The notes below the pieces were generated by a model. The model worked only from the letters and a program-made list of their open reading frames with translations. It searched no databases and was not told the DNA's origin. 64,000 bases of DNA. It comes from a virus. Below are positions 28,926 to 40,324 of the stretch, piece after piece. The position numbers and the translations under genes are program-made. Every line of letters starts with the position of its first letter. The stretch's first letter is position 1. The DNA is taken from the IMG/VR virus record IMGVR_UViG_3300032257_000479, positions 96,001-160,000 of that record; one strand, 5' to 3'.

Positions 28926-29749
28926 GATTGTAGCATCCTTTGTAAGTCTTGGGCGTATTCTGGGTTTCTTTCCACTTTTTTCTTCAACCTTCTGATAATA
29001 TCCGCATGCATTTGACTTATTCTTGACTCAGAAAAGCCTGTGTTCTCAGCTATTTCTTTCATGGTTAAATTCTCGTAATAATGAAGGTAAACTATTTTTC
29101 TTTCAGGTTTTGTGAAATTCTTACCCAAAAGCTTTTTATACATCTCTTCTCTAAGCATTGTTGATCCAACTTTTTCAGTATTTGTTTCAGCAATCATGCT
29201 TCCTATTTCATCATAGTCATCTCCATCGCCTCCTGGCTTTGAATTCATGCTTGTTTGAGATACTGGTGTGGATTTTTCTAATAGCTCAGAAAATTCTTCT
29301 ATCGACATACCCATTTCTTTTGCGACCTCTTGATCGCTAACAATACCATCCAGAGCTTCCATTCTGTTTCTAATTTTTTTCATCTTGTTATTTCTTTGTC
29401 TAACAAGTCTGGGAACCCAATCTGACTTCCTTATATTATCAATAACAGAACCTCTAATTCTAATCGTTGCCCATGTTTTAAATTTAACATCTCTATTAGG
29501 GTCATATGAGTCGATTGCATCCATTAACCCATCAACACCGAATGAAGCTATTTCTGATGCTTCTATTTCTTTTAGCTTGTAAGACATTTTAGTGCTTATG
29601 TCTACAACTATTTGATAGTAAAATACCATCAAATCATTTCTTGCTAAAATATATTTGCTATTCGTATCAGGAAGGTCTCTTATCTTATTAAATTCTTCCC
29701 ATAGAATCTTTTCTCTCTGAGCTTCTTGCTCTTTGTCTAATTGCTGCAT
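28922..29749 (-). CDS. fliA: FliA/WhiG (sigma28-family) RNA polymerase sigma factor
   Basis: GLMDAID.YDP.R.VKF.TWA.IRIRG..ID.IR..DWVPRLVR and YYENLTMKEI....SESRISQMH. Confidence 0.92.
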   Translation of the reverse strand: MQQLDKEQEAQREKILWEEFNKIRDLPDTNSKYILARNDLMVFYYQIVVDISTKMSYKLKEIEASEIASFGVDGLMDAIDSYDPNRDVKFKTWATIRIRGSVIDNIRKSDWVPRLVRQRNNKMKKIRNRMEALDGIVSDQEVAKEMGMSIEEFSELLEKSTPVSQTSMNSKPGGDGDDYDEIGSMIAETNTEKVGSTMLREEMYKKLLGKNFTKPERKIVYLHYYENLTMKEIAENTGFSESRISQMHADIIRRLKKKVERNPEYAQDLQRMLQS

Positions 29750-29761
29750 CTTCTACCCTTG

Positions 29762-30838
29762 TTAAAATGACGGTCTCTCTGAGCTTGCGTCATATATGTA
29801 ATCTTGATTGTTGGCTCTCACCCCATTTGGTGTATTGGGGAATCGAGCCACTTGTCTTTCCGTTGGAGCTAGATCGAATTTTCTTTTCTTCTCGCCGTTT
29901 CGTCTAACCTGTCTGATCATTTTCTTAGTTGTTCCAGATTGGACCTGATCAGCAATGCCAGGTTCTGCTCCTCTTCCATAGATGTGATCTCTAGCCTCTT
30001 GTGTAAGATAGTCTTTTGCTACCTCGTTTGTTTGTATAAGTTCATCAACTGATTTATTATTTCCTATTATACTGTATCCTAGATACACCAGTATGCCAAC
30101 AACAGCAACTGCAGCGATAGCAATTGTTATCCAACCAATCTGTGTCATATATAAAGACACGGCGATGGAAACACCAAGAGTTATAACAAATCCAACAGCA
30201 ATAACTGTAGCGACCATGCTTCTAGTAACAAAAGCTAAAATGATCGATGCTCCAATACCAAACACTGAAACAACGCCTATCCACGCCATCTTTGACTTGA
30301 ATTCTCTGGCTGCTTCATCTCTTAATTCTTGATTTTCTTGTTTTAAGTCTTCAACTTCTGAGACGGATGTTTTTGCTGCCGATTCCAATAAGTCAATTTT
30401 ATCTTGTTCCTCAGAAAGAAGGTTTCTAGTTTCGTCCAAATCTGACTGAATCGATTTTAATGCTTCGCTTGACACTCTCAAGTCTCTTGTTTCATTATCA
30501 ATGGCGTCCAGATTGGGTTTTATAACTGTGGCTATCTCTCCATCTGTGTTAGATCTTATTGTTTCGGTTTCATTGTCGATAGCATCCGCAGACTCCGCTA
30601 CATCCTCGGAAACTTCTTCTATGTCTTTTGCTGAATCTTTTATCTTATCTTTTCCTGCAGAAAGGTTTGGGACCTCAACAGCATCCCCTATGGTTCTGCT
30701 TTTATCTCTCTTTGGCCAAGACCAGGAGCAGCCTGACATCTGTATTAAGTAACCAGTTGAGCCAATCAACATTATCGCAATAAAAACAATTCTGTTTATA
30801 TTAATCTTGTTTATCTTCCAAAATTTCGGAATCTTCAT
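29762..30838 (-). CDS. Predicted lipoprotein with long coiled coil and three C-terminal TM helices (envelope/lysis candidate)
   Basis: Hydrophobic signal ending MSGC, acidic heptad region, hydrophobic helices at about aa 186-258. Confidence 0.6.
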   Translation of the reverse strand: MKIPKFWKINKININRIVFIAIMLIGSTGYLIQMSGCSWSWPKRDKSRTIGDAVEVPNLSAGKDKIKDSAKDIEEVSEDVAESADAIDNETETIRSNTDGEIATVIKPNLDAIDNETRDLRVSSEALKSIQSDLDETRNLLSEEQDKIDLLESAAKTSVSEVEDLKQENQELRDEAAREFKSKMAWIGVVSVFGIGASIILAFVTRSMVATVIAVGFVITLGVSIAVSLYMTQIGWITIAIAAVAVVGILVYLGYSIIGNNKSVDELIQTNEVAKDYLTQEARDHIYGRGAEPGIADQVQSGTTKKMIRQVRRNGEKKRKFDLAPTERQVARFPNTPNGVRANNQDYIYDASSERPSF

Positions 30839-31154
30839 CCTCTTCTCCCTTGTCTGATTGTTCTATGGTATCTAACAATTGGTAAAACATCCATATTATT
30901 CCGGATGCAGCAAACCCTGTTAAAGGCCATAGGAAGTAATTCCCAGATGTAGCTATTAATAGAAATATATCTACGACAAGCGCTGACCAAAAGGCTGTGC
31001 AGACTGAGCATTCAAGCATGCTTGGCATTTTTGGGTGAACTGTCTTTAAAATATCTTCAATAATTGGGTTTATTTTAACAATGGGCCAATCTTCGCTTTT
31101 TTCAACGAGCACAAGAGCAAGACCTATTGCTGACAATATTGATATCCAAAACAT
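30801..31154 (-). CDS. DUF1360-like membrane protein
   Basis: Three hydrophobic segments and an LECSVCTAFW (C-x2-C-x3-W) motif. Confidence 0.6.
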   Translation of the reverse strand: MFWISILSAIGLALVLVEKSEDWPIVKINPIIEDILKTVHPKMPSMLECSVCTAFWSALVVDIFLLIATSGNYFLWPLTGFAASGIIWMFYQLLDTIEQSDKGEEDEDSEILEDKQD

Positions 31155-31220
31155 AAATATTTATCCTATAAAGACACAATGGTATCTATTTTAGTACCAT
31201 ATAACAGAGATAAGTCCTTC

Positions 31221-31547
31221 TTACCTATTGGCTCTACCCATAACCTTTTCCCATTTAGATAGCTTTCTTTTCTCTGAATTAGGATGTTCTGCTTCCCACC
31301 TAAGATGCCTGAATCTAGTCATAGCAATCATTCTTCGGTAAATAATGAGGTTTTCCGGTTTATCTATAGGATAATCCTCCAGCCACCCCCATTCTTCTAG
31401 TTCATTCCAAATTATCAGAGATTCACCGCTAAGACTTGTGTGAGGATTATGATATGAGTCAATTATTTCCTCCATTGTTCGATTTGCTTCTTCCATAGAT
31501 TTTACTTTTAATTCCGACAATTTTGTTTCTGATATTGGCATGATCAC
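31221..31547 (-). CDS. Hypothetical protein
   Basis: 108 aa, AAGGAG SD, GACGATAA promoter element at 31566-31573. Confidence 0.75.
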   Translation of the reverse strand: MIMPISETKLSELKVKSMEEANRTMEEIIDSYHNPHTSLSGESLIIWNELEEWGWLEDYPIDKPENLIIYRRMIAMTRFRHLRWEAEHPNSEKRKLSKWEKVMGRANR

Positions 31548-31637
31548 TCTCCTTTAACTCCTTTATTATCGTCTAATTACAAAAAAAGAATATGGAATCA
31601 CAAAAGGACTCTTGAAAAAAATAACCGAAAAAGAAGT

Positions 31638-32411
31638 ATGAACTGGTACCAAACAATTACGGCAGAGCAAAAAATAGCATTCGATTATCGAGGTTCTATA
31701 AAAGGGTTACTTGGCGGGGCCATTCTAGGAACACCGCTAGCTTTAATGATTATAGTTAACTCTCTTAACACAACACCTCAGCAAGCTCAGCAAATAATAG
31801 ATCAAGAACCTCAAAGGGCTCAGCAAATAATAGATCAAGCTCCAGATGAGATTGTCGAAAAATCACAACAAGAAATTGGGCCTGAAGAAAATATTAATAA
31901 TGAACCTGCTCAACAACAAGCCGCAGCAATATCAATAGAAGCTCTTGCTCCTTTTGTTGCTCAATGGGAAGGTAAAGAGCCTTATGCTTATGTTGATGGA
32001 GATAGCAAATCAGTCGGTTATGGCTTCTACCTAGGAAACGCAAGCTCAAGGGAAACACTAGAATCAGTTGGAGCAAACTTTGATGCCGTATTCTCCGGAC
32101 AGCAACCACTCAATGATCCGCAAATGAACAGGCTTCTTCAGATAGGATGTCAAAGAGCAATACATGACGCAAAGTCTGCAATCCCTAGTTTTAATTCACA
32201 ACCTCTTTTGGTTCAAACTATTATGGCAGACATGGCATATACTCTTGGAAATAAAATTAGCGGATTTTCAAAAATGCTAAAAGCTCTTGAAATTCGAGAT
32301 TACAATAAAGTCGCGGAAGAGATGGAAGATTCCAAATGGTTTAGCGATATTGGAAACAGATCAAAAAGTCATATAAACCAAATAAAATCTTTGGCTTCTC
32401 AAAATCCTTGA
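31638..32411 (+). CDS. GH24 (T4-like) lysozyme with MNWY leader and TM segment
   Basis: WEG....AY.D....SVGYG, DMAY.LG...F.KML.AL...DY...A.EM.DSKW...G.R. 22-bp direct repeat at 31785/31818 encoding AQQIIDQ twice. Confidence 0.85.
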   Translation: MNWYQTITAEQKIAFDYRGSIKGLLGGAILGTPLALMIIVNSLNTTPQQAQQIIDQEPQRAQQIIDQAPDEIVEKSQQEIGPEENINNEPAQQQAAAISIEALAPFVAQWEGKEPYAYVDGDSKSVGYGFYLGNASSRETLESVGANFDAVFSGQQPLNDPQMNRLLQIGCQRAIHDAKSAIPSFNSQPLLVQTIMADMAYTLGNKISGFSKMLKALEIRDYNKVAEEMEDSKWFSDIGNRSKSHINQIKSLASQNP

Positions 32412-32980
32412 AGTAATAACTTGGCTATCTTATGAGAATTGATTGCATCAGATAAAGCTCTGTGTTGCTCGCCTTCCCAATCAAGACCCTCTCTCTCAAC
32501 AGCTTCTCTTAATCCGCACTCTACGCCTCTCATCTCTTTATACAAAGTTTTAAGACATATGTGTTCATTAAACGGAACAGGTATTCCGTGTCTGTAGCAA
32601 TCATTAATAATACAACCCTTATCCCATTTTCCCCATGATGCCCAGTTTATTTTAGATATGTTTACAGAATGTTCAACCTTTGCCCACTCTTTTAAATTTA
32701 AAACTACTTCTTCTAAATTTTGCGCCGAATTTACATCTTCTTGATCGATCTTAGTTAGCCTCCTGCAAAAAGGAGACATCTTTATATTAACGCATGGCTT
32801 TATAAATGATTGAAATTTTCCTATCATTTCGCCCTTTGTATTACACAGGACAACACCGAGTTCTATTATCTCGTTCATATCCTTTACATTACGGCGTTCC
32901 CAGCAAGTTGCCTCAAGATCGACTAGCAAAAATAATTTAGCCCCTTGGAGCCTTTGTCCAAATCTGGTATGTATACTCAT
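32399..32980 (-). CDS. ERI-1-like DEDDh 3'-5' exonuclease
   Basis: VDLEATCW, EIIE.G, FC..LT.I.Q, SWG.WD, HRAL.DA. Confidence 0.92.
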   Translation of the reverse strand: MSIHTRFGQRLQGAKLFLLVDLEATCWERRNVKDMNEIIELGVVLCNTKGEMIGKFQSFIKPCVNIKMSPFCRRLTKIDQEDVNSAQNLEEVVLNLKEWAKVEHSVNISKINWASWGKWDKGCIINDCYRHGIPVPFNEHICLKTLYKEMRGVECGLREAVEREGLDWEGEQHRALSDAINSHKIAKLLLQGF

Positions 32981-33449
32981 ATTTGTTATAAATATCTGAT
33001 TTATTATGTTTTTCCTCTATTAGATTCCATTCTTCTGGTATCTTAAAGAAAACATCTCCATCTGTTTCTGTATGTATTACTGTTCTTAATATTCTATCTG
33101 CTATAGGTAAGAACAGGTTGTATATTTCTGATCCGCCTATTACATAAAAATCTTTATTATGTCCATAAGCTTCTTCTATTGCTTTTTCAACAGAATTAAC
33201 AACGGTTGTATTGTTGATTCCGCAGAAATTTTGCCCCTGACCAATTTCACCACTCCTTGTTAAAACAATTTGATGGCGACGATCTAGATCAAAAGGAATA
33301 CTATTATACGTTTTCCTGCCCATAATGACAGGGTAGTCTATTGTGTTTTTTCTAAAAGACTTCATATCGTCTTTTTGATTAGTCCATGGCAATTCCCCAT
33401 TGACTCCAATGACATCGTTATTCGTTGTTGCTACAATTATATTAATCAT
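32937..33449 (-). CDS. folA: Dihydrofolate reductase
   Basis: [29 protein letters not shown]; adjacent to thyA. Confidence 0.95.
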   Translation of the reverse strand: MINIIVATTNNDVIGVNGELPWTNQKDDMKSFRKNTIDYPVIMGRKTYNSIPFDLDRRHQIVLTRSGEIGQGQNFCGINNTTVVNSVEKAIEEAYGHNKDFYVIGGSEIYNLFLPIADRILRTVIHTETDGDVFFKIPEEWNLIEEKHNKSDIYNKYEYTYQIWTKAPRG

Positions 33450-34255
33450 ACTGATATCGGTGCCGAAATTCTTGGGTGAGGATCATATCCCTCTATTGTT
33501 ATATCTTCGTACTTGAAATCATAAATACTATCAACATCTTTTCTTAATGTTAATTTTGGAAATGATCTAGGCTCTCTTATTATTTGCTTGTCAACCTGAT
33601 CGAAATGATTTAAGTATACATGACAATCTCCGCCTGTCCAAACAAAGTTTCCAACCTCTAACCCGCACACATGAGCCATCATGTGAGTAAGAAGGGCATA
33701 TGATGCAATATTAAAAGGAACCCCCAAGAACATATCACAGCTTCTTTGATAAAGCTGACAAGATAATCTTTCGTTCGCTACATAGAATTGAAACAAACAA
33801 TGACAAGGAGGTAGAGCCATTGATGGAATATCTACAGGATTCCACGCCGTAACAATGTGGCGACGAGAGTCAGGATTGTTTTTTATAGACTCAATAACCT
33901 CAGTTATTTGATCTATGCCAAAATAATCTCTCCACTGTTTTCCGTACACTTTTCCTAAGTCGCCGTTTTCATCTGCCCAAGCATCCCAAATTTTAACACC
34001 ATTGTCTTGCAAATACTTGACATTTGTGTCACCCTGAAGAAACCAGAGCAATTCGTGAAAGATTGATCGGGTATGCAATTTCTTTGTTGTCAATAATGGA
34101 AACCCTTTTTGAAGATTGAACCTCATCTGGTGACCAAATATTGCTTTAGTGCCTGTCCCTGTTCGATCAGTCTTGTGGTCGCCGATCTCTTTTATCTGCT
34201 GAAGAAAATCCAAATACTGGCTTTCTTCTCGATTAGAAAATGAATCCGTCGTCAT
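33446..34255 (-). CDS. thyA: Thymidylate synthase
   Basis: [40 protein letters not shown]. Confidence 0.98.
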   Translation of the reverse strand: MTTDSFSNREESQYLDFLQQIKEIGDHKTDRTGTGTKAIFGHQMRFNLQKGFPLLTTKKLHTRSIFHELLWFLQGDTNVKYLQDNGVKIWDAWADENGDLGKVYGKQWRDYFGIDQITEVIESIKNNPDSRRHIVTAWNPVDIPSMALPPCHCLFQFYVANERLSCQLYQRSCDMFLGVPFNIASYALLTHMMAHVCGLEVGNFVWTGGDCHVYLNHFDQVDKQIIREPRSFPKLTLRKDVDSIYDFKYEDITIEGYDPHPRISAPISV

Positions 34256-34652
34256 TATAGCCTTCTTTCCATTCCTGTCCCTCTCCCCAAGTATCGTCTA
34301 TATCTTCTTCATCATTAAACTCTACACTTATTTCGTCTACGCTTCTTAGCTCAAAAATTATGCCCTGAAGTTTTTTGTCAGCAATTTCTTGCATTGGGGC
34401 TATTGAATCGACTATCTTGACTCTCTCTAATTGATCTATCTTTCTGATTTTTTCTTTGAGTATATTCCATCTTCGAATAATGCAATACACATCTCTTTCG
34501 TATTCTGAGATATAATCATCTAACTTCATTGGGTAATAGCTTTTTGCTTTTTTCTTGCATTCAATCTGAGACTCAAGCAGAGTATCTAGTGTTACCTCGT
34601 AAGCTATTACTGCATCTTCTATCTTTTTCTCTATACCTGTAATGTTATCCAT
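34233..34652 (-). CDS. Hypothetical protein
   Basis: 139 aa, first gene after a sigma70 promoter. Confidence 0.7.
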   Translation of the reverse strand: MDNITGIEKKIEDAVIAYEVTLDTLLESQIECKKKAKSYYPMKLDDYISEYERDVYCIIRRWNILKEKIRKIDQLERVKIVDSIAPMQEIADKKLQGIIFELRSVDEISVEFNDEEDIDDTWGEGQEWKEGYNDDGFIF

Positions 34653-34697
34653 AAAATTATCAAATCCTTATCTAAAACACTCAGTGTTTGATATATC

Positions 34698-34726
34698 ATT
34701 ATACCATAAAGCAATTACACTTTCAA
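34698..34726 (-). promoter_or_regulatory. sigma70-type promoter for the thyA-folA-exonuclease operon
   Basis: TTGAAA-N17-TATAAT with extended TG. Confidence 0.8.
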
Positions 34727-34733
34727 GCAAGTG

Positions 34734-34760
34734 AAGGCCATTAATCAAAAATGCCGAAAA
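34734..34760 (+). promoter_or_regulatory. Phage sigma28-like promoter (AAGG ... GCCGAAAA)
   Basis: AAGG lies 17 nt before CGA, the same spacing as at 23684-23710 and 59429-59455. Confidence 0.55.
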
Positions 34761-34804
34761 CATAAAAGAAGGAAAATCGTGAATGATTGGATTATTTAAT
34801 TAGT

Positions 34805-35425
34805 ATGAGCTGGTACGATAGAATTATGCCCACCATAAAAGAGCTTGAACCAAAAGTTTTGGCAAGCGCTGAATCTATATGCTTAATACCTGGCGTTAAG
34901 TCTGTTCACTCATGGGGAAACTACGCAGATTGTTTCAACAAAAAAGATACACCAATAAGAGAAGTCGATCTTCTTGTCTTAAGTTCATTTAACTCTGGCG
35001 ACCTCTTAGCAATAGACAGAGGCCCTATGGGGCCATTCAATATCGCCAAAGACGAACTCGAAGACTTGGGCTTTAACCCTCAAGCTGTAGCTTTCACGAA
35101 ACACCTTCTCAAAAAATGTGAATTCAAAACAGAATTCTGGACATTGTCTTCTGATAAAAAACTTTTACATTGGGGACCTGTATCTGATACTATAGAAGAA
35201 TGGAAAGAACTAAGGATACAAGCCGAAACAGAAGCAGAAGAAAAAACTGGATTTTGTCGAAAAACATTAAAGAAAGCTGATCAGCAAAAAGCCAAAGAGT
35301 GGATAGAGTCTTACGAAAACTCTCTTCAGTCATTCATTAACAAAGGCCCGCTAGGTTGGTACGAATCGACTTATTCGGAAAGCAATGACCTATATGAATC
35401 ATCAGAATGTCTCGCAAAAAACTAA
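34805..35425 (+). CDS. Degenerate Pol-beta-type nucleotidyltransferase-like protein beginning MSWY
   Basis: GVKSVHSWGNYA...REVDLLV resembles the minimal NTase motif. ATG 34805 preferred over the track TTG at 34787. Confidence 0.6.
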   Translation: MSWYDRIMPTIKELEPKVLASAESICLIPGVKSVHSWGNYADCFNKKDTPIREVDLLVLSSFNSGDLLAIDRGPMGPFNIAKDELEDLGFNPQAVAFTKHLLKKCEFKTEFWTLSSDKKLLHWGPVSDTIEEWKELRIQAETEAEEKTGFCRKTLKKADQQKAKEWIESYENSLQSFINKGPLGWYESTYSESNDLYESSECLAKN

Positions 35426-36080
35426 TTGCCCTATATGTAACTCTGAAACAAAAGATAAAAACGTTCATTTTTACAAATACAGAGACTGCTTATCTTGTGG
35501 TCACTCTTTTTCTTCTATAAATGAAAAAGCATCAACCAAACATTATCATAATGTTCATTTAAGAGAAATGAAAAGCAACGGAGAGCTTATGCAGCAAGCC
35601 GTTACAATGAATCATATTAAAAGAATGAACAAAATCGCTCAAGAAAAGAGAGAGCTGCTAACAATGTTCTCTCTTCATGGAAAGAGAATACTTGATTTAG
35701 AAGCTGAAACAGGAATGCTTAATGAGGATGATGGCGACATTACATCTTTGACTCAAATACCTCATATAAAAATAAATCTACTATCATCTAAATTCGACAC
35801 TATATACAATACAACTGGATTGTTTGATGCTATAATATCTTTTAACTATATAGAACATCAAAAAGATGTATTCAAAGATGCTCCGTTTATTTTAAACAAA
35901 TTAAATAAAAACGGAAAATGGATTGTCTCAATACCAATAGATAATGATCCATCAAAAAAATATACAGGAAGAATCCACGAATTTACTAATCATAGTTCCA
36001 TACTCTTTGCTAGCGAAATAAATTATGATTTCGAAATATTCAACAAAGGCGATTCAGTCGTCTTCGTCTTCTCCAAATAA
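35385..36080 (+). CDS. Zn-ribbon + degenerate class I methyltransferase-like protein
   Basis: CPIC...C.SCGH, RILDL...G, FDAIISFNYIEH, L..NG..I.S.P. Confidence 0.6.
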   Translation: MTYMNHQNVSQKTNCPICNSETKDKNVHFYKYRDCLSCGHSFSSINEKASTKHYHNVHLREMKSNGELMQQAVTMNHIKRMNKIAQEKRELLTMFSLHGKRILDLEAETGMLNEDDGDITSLTQIPHIKINLLSSKFDTIYNTTGLFDAIISFNYIEHQKDVFKDAPFILNKLNKNGKWIVSIPIDNDPSKKYTGRIHEFTNHSSILFASEINYDFEIFNKGDSVVFVFSK

Positions 36081-36437
36081 ATAATACTTTCCATCTTCTT
36101 CATCGTAGATAAATAATTCCGGATGCTCTTCTGACACATAGTGTAGTATCTCGTTATTTATAAAATCCATAAACTCAGCAAAAGTAATATTTCCGTCTAT
36201 TTTTCTTATAGGTATAATAGGTCTTCTGTAATCAAAATAAGCCAACAGTAAATCTTCTATTAAGGTGTATTTGTCGCCAATCTTATCGCTAGGAAGAACC
36301 TCTTTGTTAAGCATTCTCTCTTCATAGGTATCCCTAAAAAGAACGAAGAAACCGCAACTGATTTCTTCGTGACGATCCTGTGACATATATTCAAAATTTT
36401 CCATATGATCCATACTGTTTAAAAAATTATTATTCAT
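36054..36437 (-). CDS. Hypothetical acidic protein
   Basis: 127 aa, coupled to guaC. Confidence 0.7.
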   Translation of the reverse strand: MNNNFLNSMDHMENFEYMSQDRHEEISCGFFVLFRDTYEERMLNKEVLPSDKIGDKYTLIEDLLLAYFDYRRPIIPIRKIDGNITFAEFMDFINNEILHYVSEEHPELFIYDEEDGKYYLFGEDEDD

Positions 36438-37450
36438 TATTCATTTATTTCTGAGTTTCTCTCAAAAACACCATTCAATTGACGATTAACTCTAACAAAA
36501 GTTGTTCGCTTTGGTAGTTCTTTCAACCTCTCAGCTCCACAATATGCGCAACAAGAGCGAAGACCTCCCAATATATCATTTATAGTATTTTTGATTTGAC
36601 CTCTGTAAGGAAGGAGAACCTCTCTGCCTTCGGATGATCTGTAATCTTTAATCCCACCGTTGTGTCGTTCTTGGGCTAAATGAGAAGACATTCCATAGAA
36701 CTCTTTATATTTCTTGCCATTCTTTAGAATTACATCTCCTGGGCTCTCATCATGGCCAGCAAGCATACCTCCAAGCATAACAAAATCAGCTCCTGCTCCG
36801 AATGCTTTGCAAACATCCGCTGGAGACCTACAGCCTCCGTCTGCCATAACAAAGCCTTTCAACCCATGAGCAGCATCAGCGCATTCTATAATGGCTGACA
36901 ATTGAGGATAGCCAACACCAGCCTTCATCCTAGTAGTGCATCCGCTTCCTCCGCCAATTCCAACTTTAACAATATCTGCTCCCTCTAGAATCAATCTTTC
37001 TGTCGCCTCTGGGGTGCAAACATTGCCAGCAACAATAATTGTGTCAGGAAATGCTTCTCTTGCTCTTTTTACAAGTTTAAAAAATTTATCCATATAACCG
37101 TTTGCAACATCTAAGCATAACATGTTTGGATGTTTAGATGTATCTTCTGGAAAATCTTTGTAGCCCATTGTCATAAATGAATGATTATGAACACTAGCGT
37201 TTTGCCAATATTTAGCATCTTTAGGCAAAGCCGTCATCATGCTACTTTTTGCCATTATTTCAGAAATATTAATGCTAGAAACAGAAGCCATGTTCGCTGC
37301 AACAACAGGTATGCAGTCTAATTTCTTGTTGGAATACAAAAAAGAGAATTCTCTCTTTAATCCAACTTCGCTTCTTGAATCCAGCAAACTTTGCTTAGGA
37401 CACATTAGAACATCATCAAAATCTAATTTTATGTCATCTTGTATTCTCAT
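36437..37450 (-). CDS. guaC: GMP reductase
   Basis: MRI..DIKLDF.DVL, DVANGY, AGNV.T, KVGIG.GS.CTTR, GVGYPQLSA, YRSSEG. Confidence 0.95.
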   Translation of the reverse strand: MRIQDDIKLDFDDVLMCPKQSLLDSRSEVGLKREFSFLYSNKKLDCIPVVAANMASVSSINISEIMAKSSMMTALPKDAKYWQNASVHNHSFMTMGYKDFPEDTSKHPNMLCLDVANGYMDKFFKLVKRAREAFPDTIIVAGNVCTPEATERLILEGADIVKVGIGGGSGCTTRMKAGVGYPQLSAIIECADAAHGLKGFVMADGGCRSPADVCKAFGAGADFVMLGGMLAGHDESPGDVILKNGKKYKEFYGMSSHLAQERHNGGIKDYRSSEGREVLLPYRGQIKNTINDILGGLRSCCAYCGAERLKELPKRTTFVRVNRQLNGVFERNSEINE

Positions 37451-37494
37451 AACATACTAATCGACAATGATGGAAGACAAGGCTAACTAGGCAC

Positions 37495-37518
37495 GAAAAA
37501 AGCCCCAAAAAATGGAGC
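37495..37518 (-). terminator. Intrinsic terminator after ligA
   Basis: GCTCCA stem pairing with TGGGGC across a T loop, followed by a T6 tract on the minus strand. Confidence 0.7.
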
Positions 37519-37519
37519 C

Positions 37520-37579
37520 ATGATCGATAAGTGAATTATTTATCGCTCAAAATAGAGCAGAATATGATCGATAAGTGAA

Positions 37580-37582
<3 letters not shown>
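37520..37582. repeat. 19-bp perfect direct repeat ATGATCGATAAGTGAATTA (37520-37538, 37564-37582)
   Basis: Read directly; 44-bp period; the second copy overlaps the ligA stop. Confidence 0.9.
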
Positions 37583-39577
<1,995 letters not shown>

Positions 39578-40237
39578 TTACTCAGGAAAGAACCTAAACG
39601 ATGGTTTTATTCCCAATTCTCTGTAGAATACAGCTACGCTGTCATAAACAGCCTTCCTTATTTCATCATATCCAACAGGTAAATGTTTTTTAACAAGAAC
39701 TGTTGAAGTTTTTATGTATCTCATATCCAGTTTGTATTTTACAAAATCTTCATCATTTACTTTAGATGGATGAACTCCACAAAGAATAACTATCTCGCTG
39801 GTATCAGAAAAGAAGGATAATGCTCCGAGAGCAATCTTTTCAGGCTGGTCAATAACAAGTAAATCTGTTTGTTTGAAGAAGTTTTTAACTCTTCCGTACA
39901 ATTCATTTAGTTCTAAACTTTCTTTTCCAGTAATAACTGAATCGTTGTATACAGGAAATACTTTAGGATAAAACTCAGCTTTAGGATTTAAATGTGATAC
40001 ATTTTCATCAAAACGAGACTGTTCAAAATCTACAGACATAAATCTATCTACATTGTTGTGCAAGAAAGCTGATGTCTTGGGAGAAGATCCTAAAACAAGG
40101 ACAGAGCCTGGCTTGAAAGAGTTTTCTATTCCTTTTACGATACCTAAATTAGATTCTTTCTTAAGACGATCAATAGCATGAGCTATTTTTGTTCCTCTTG
40201 AATCGTTTGCTATAGCCATAGTATTATTTACCTCCAA
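39578..40237 (-). CDS. Hypothetical protein, possible degenerate methyltransferase fold
   Basis: SVLVLGS...T..FL and DLLVID. Likely start ATG 40219 after GGAGG. Confidence 0.6.
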   Translation of the reverse strand: MEVNNTMAIANDSRGTKIAHAIDRLKKESNLGIVKGIENSFKPGSVLVLGSSPKTSAFLHNNVDRFMSVDFEQSRFDENVSHLNPKAEFYPKVFPVYNDSVITGKESLELNELYGRVKNFFKQTDLLVIDQPEKIALGALSFFSDTSEIVILCGVHPSKVNDEDFVKYKLDMRYIKTSTVLVKKHLPVGYDEIRKAVYDSVAVFYRELGIKPSFRFFPE

Positions 40238-40324
40238 AAATACATTTTGCTGTAATCAAATACTTATTTGAACAGGCAGAGTCCTTTGTTTTGACACTTT
40301 TTTGATGTACCTTGGCATTGGGGA

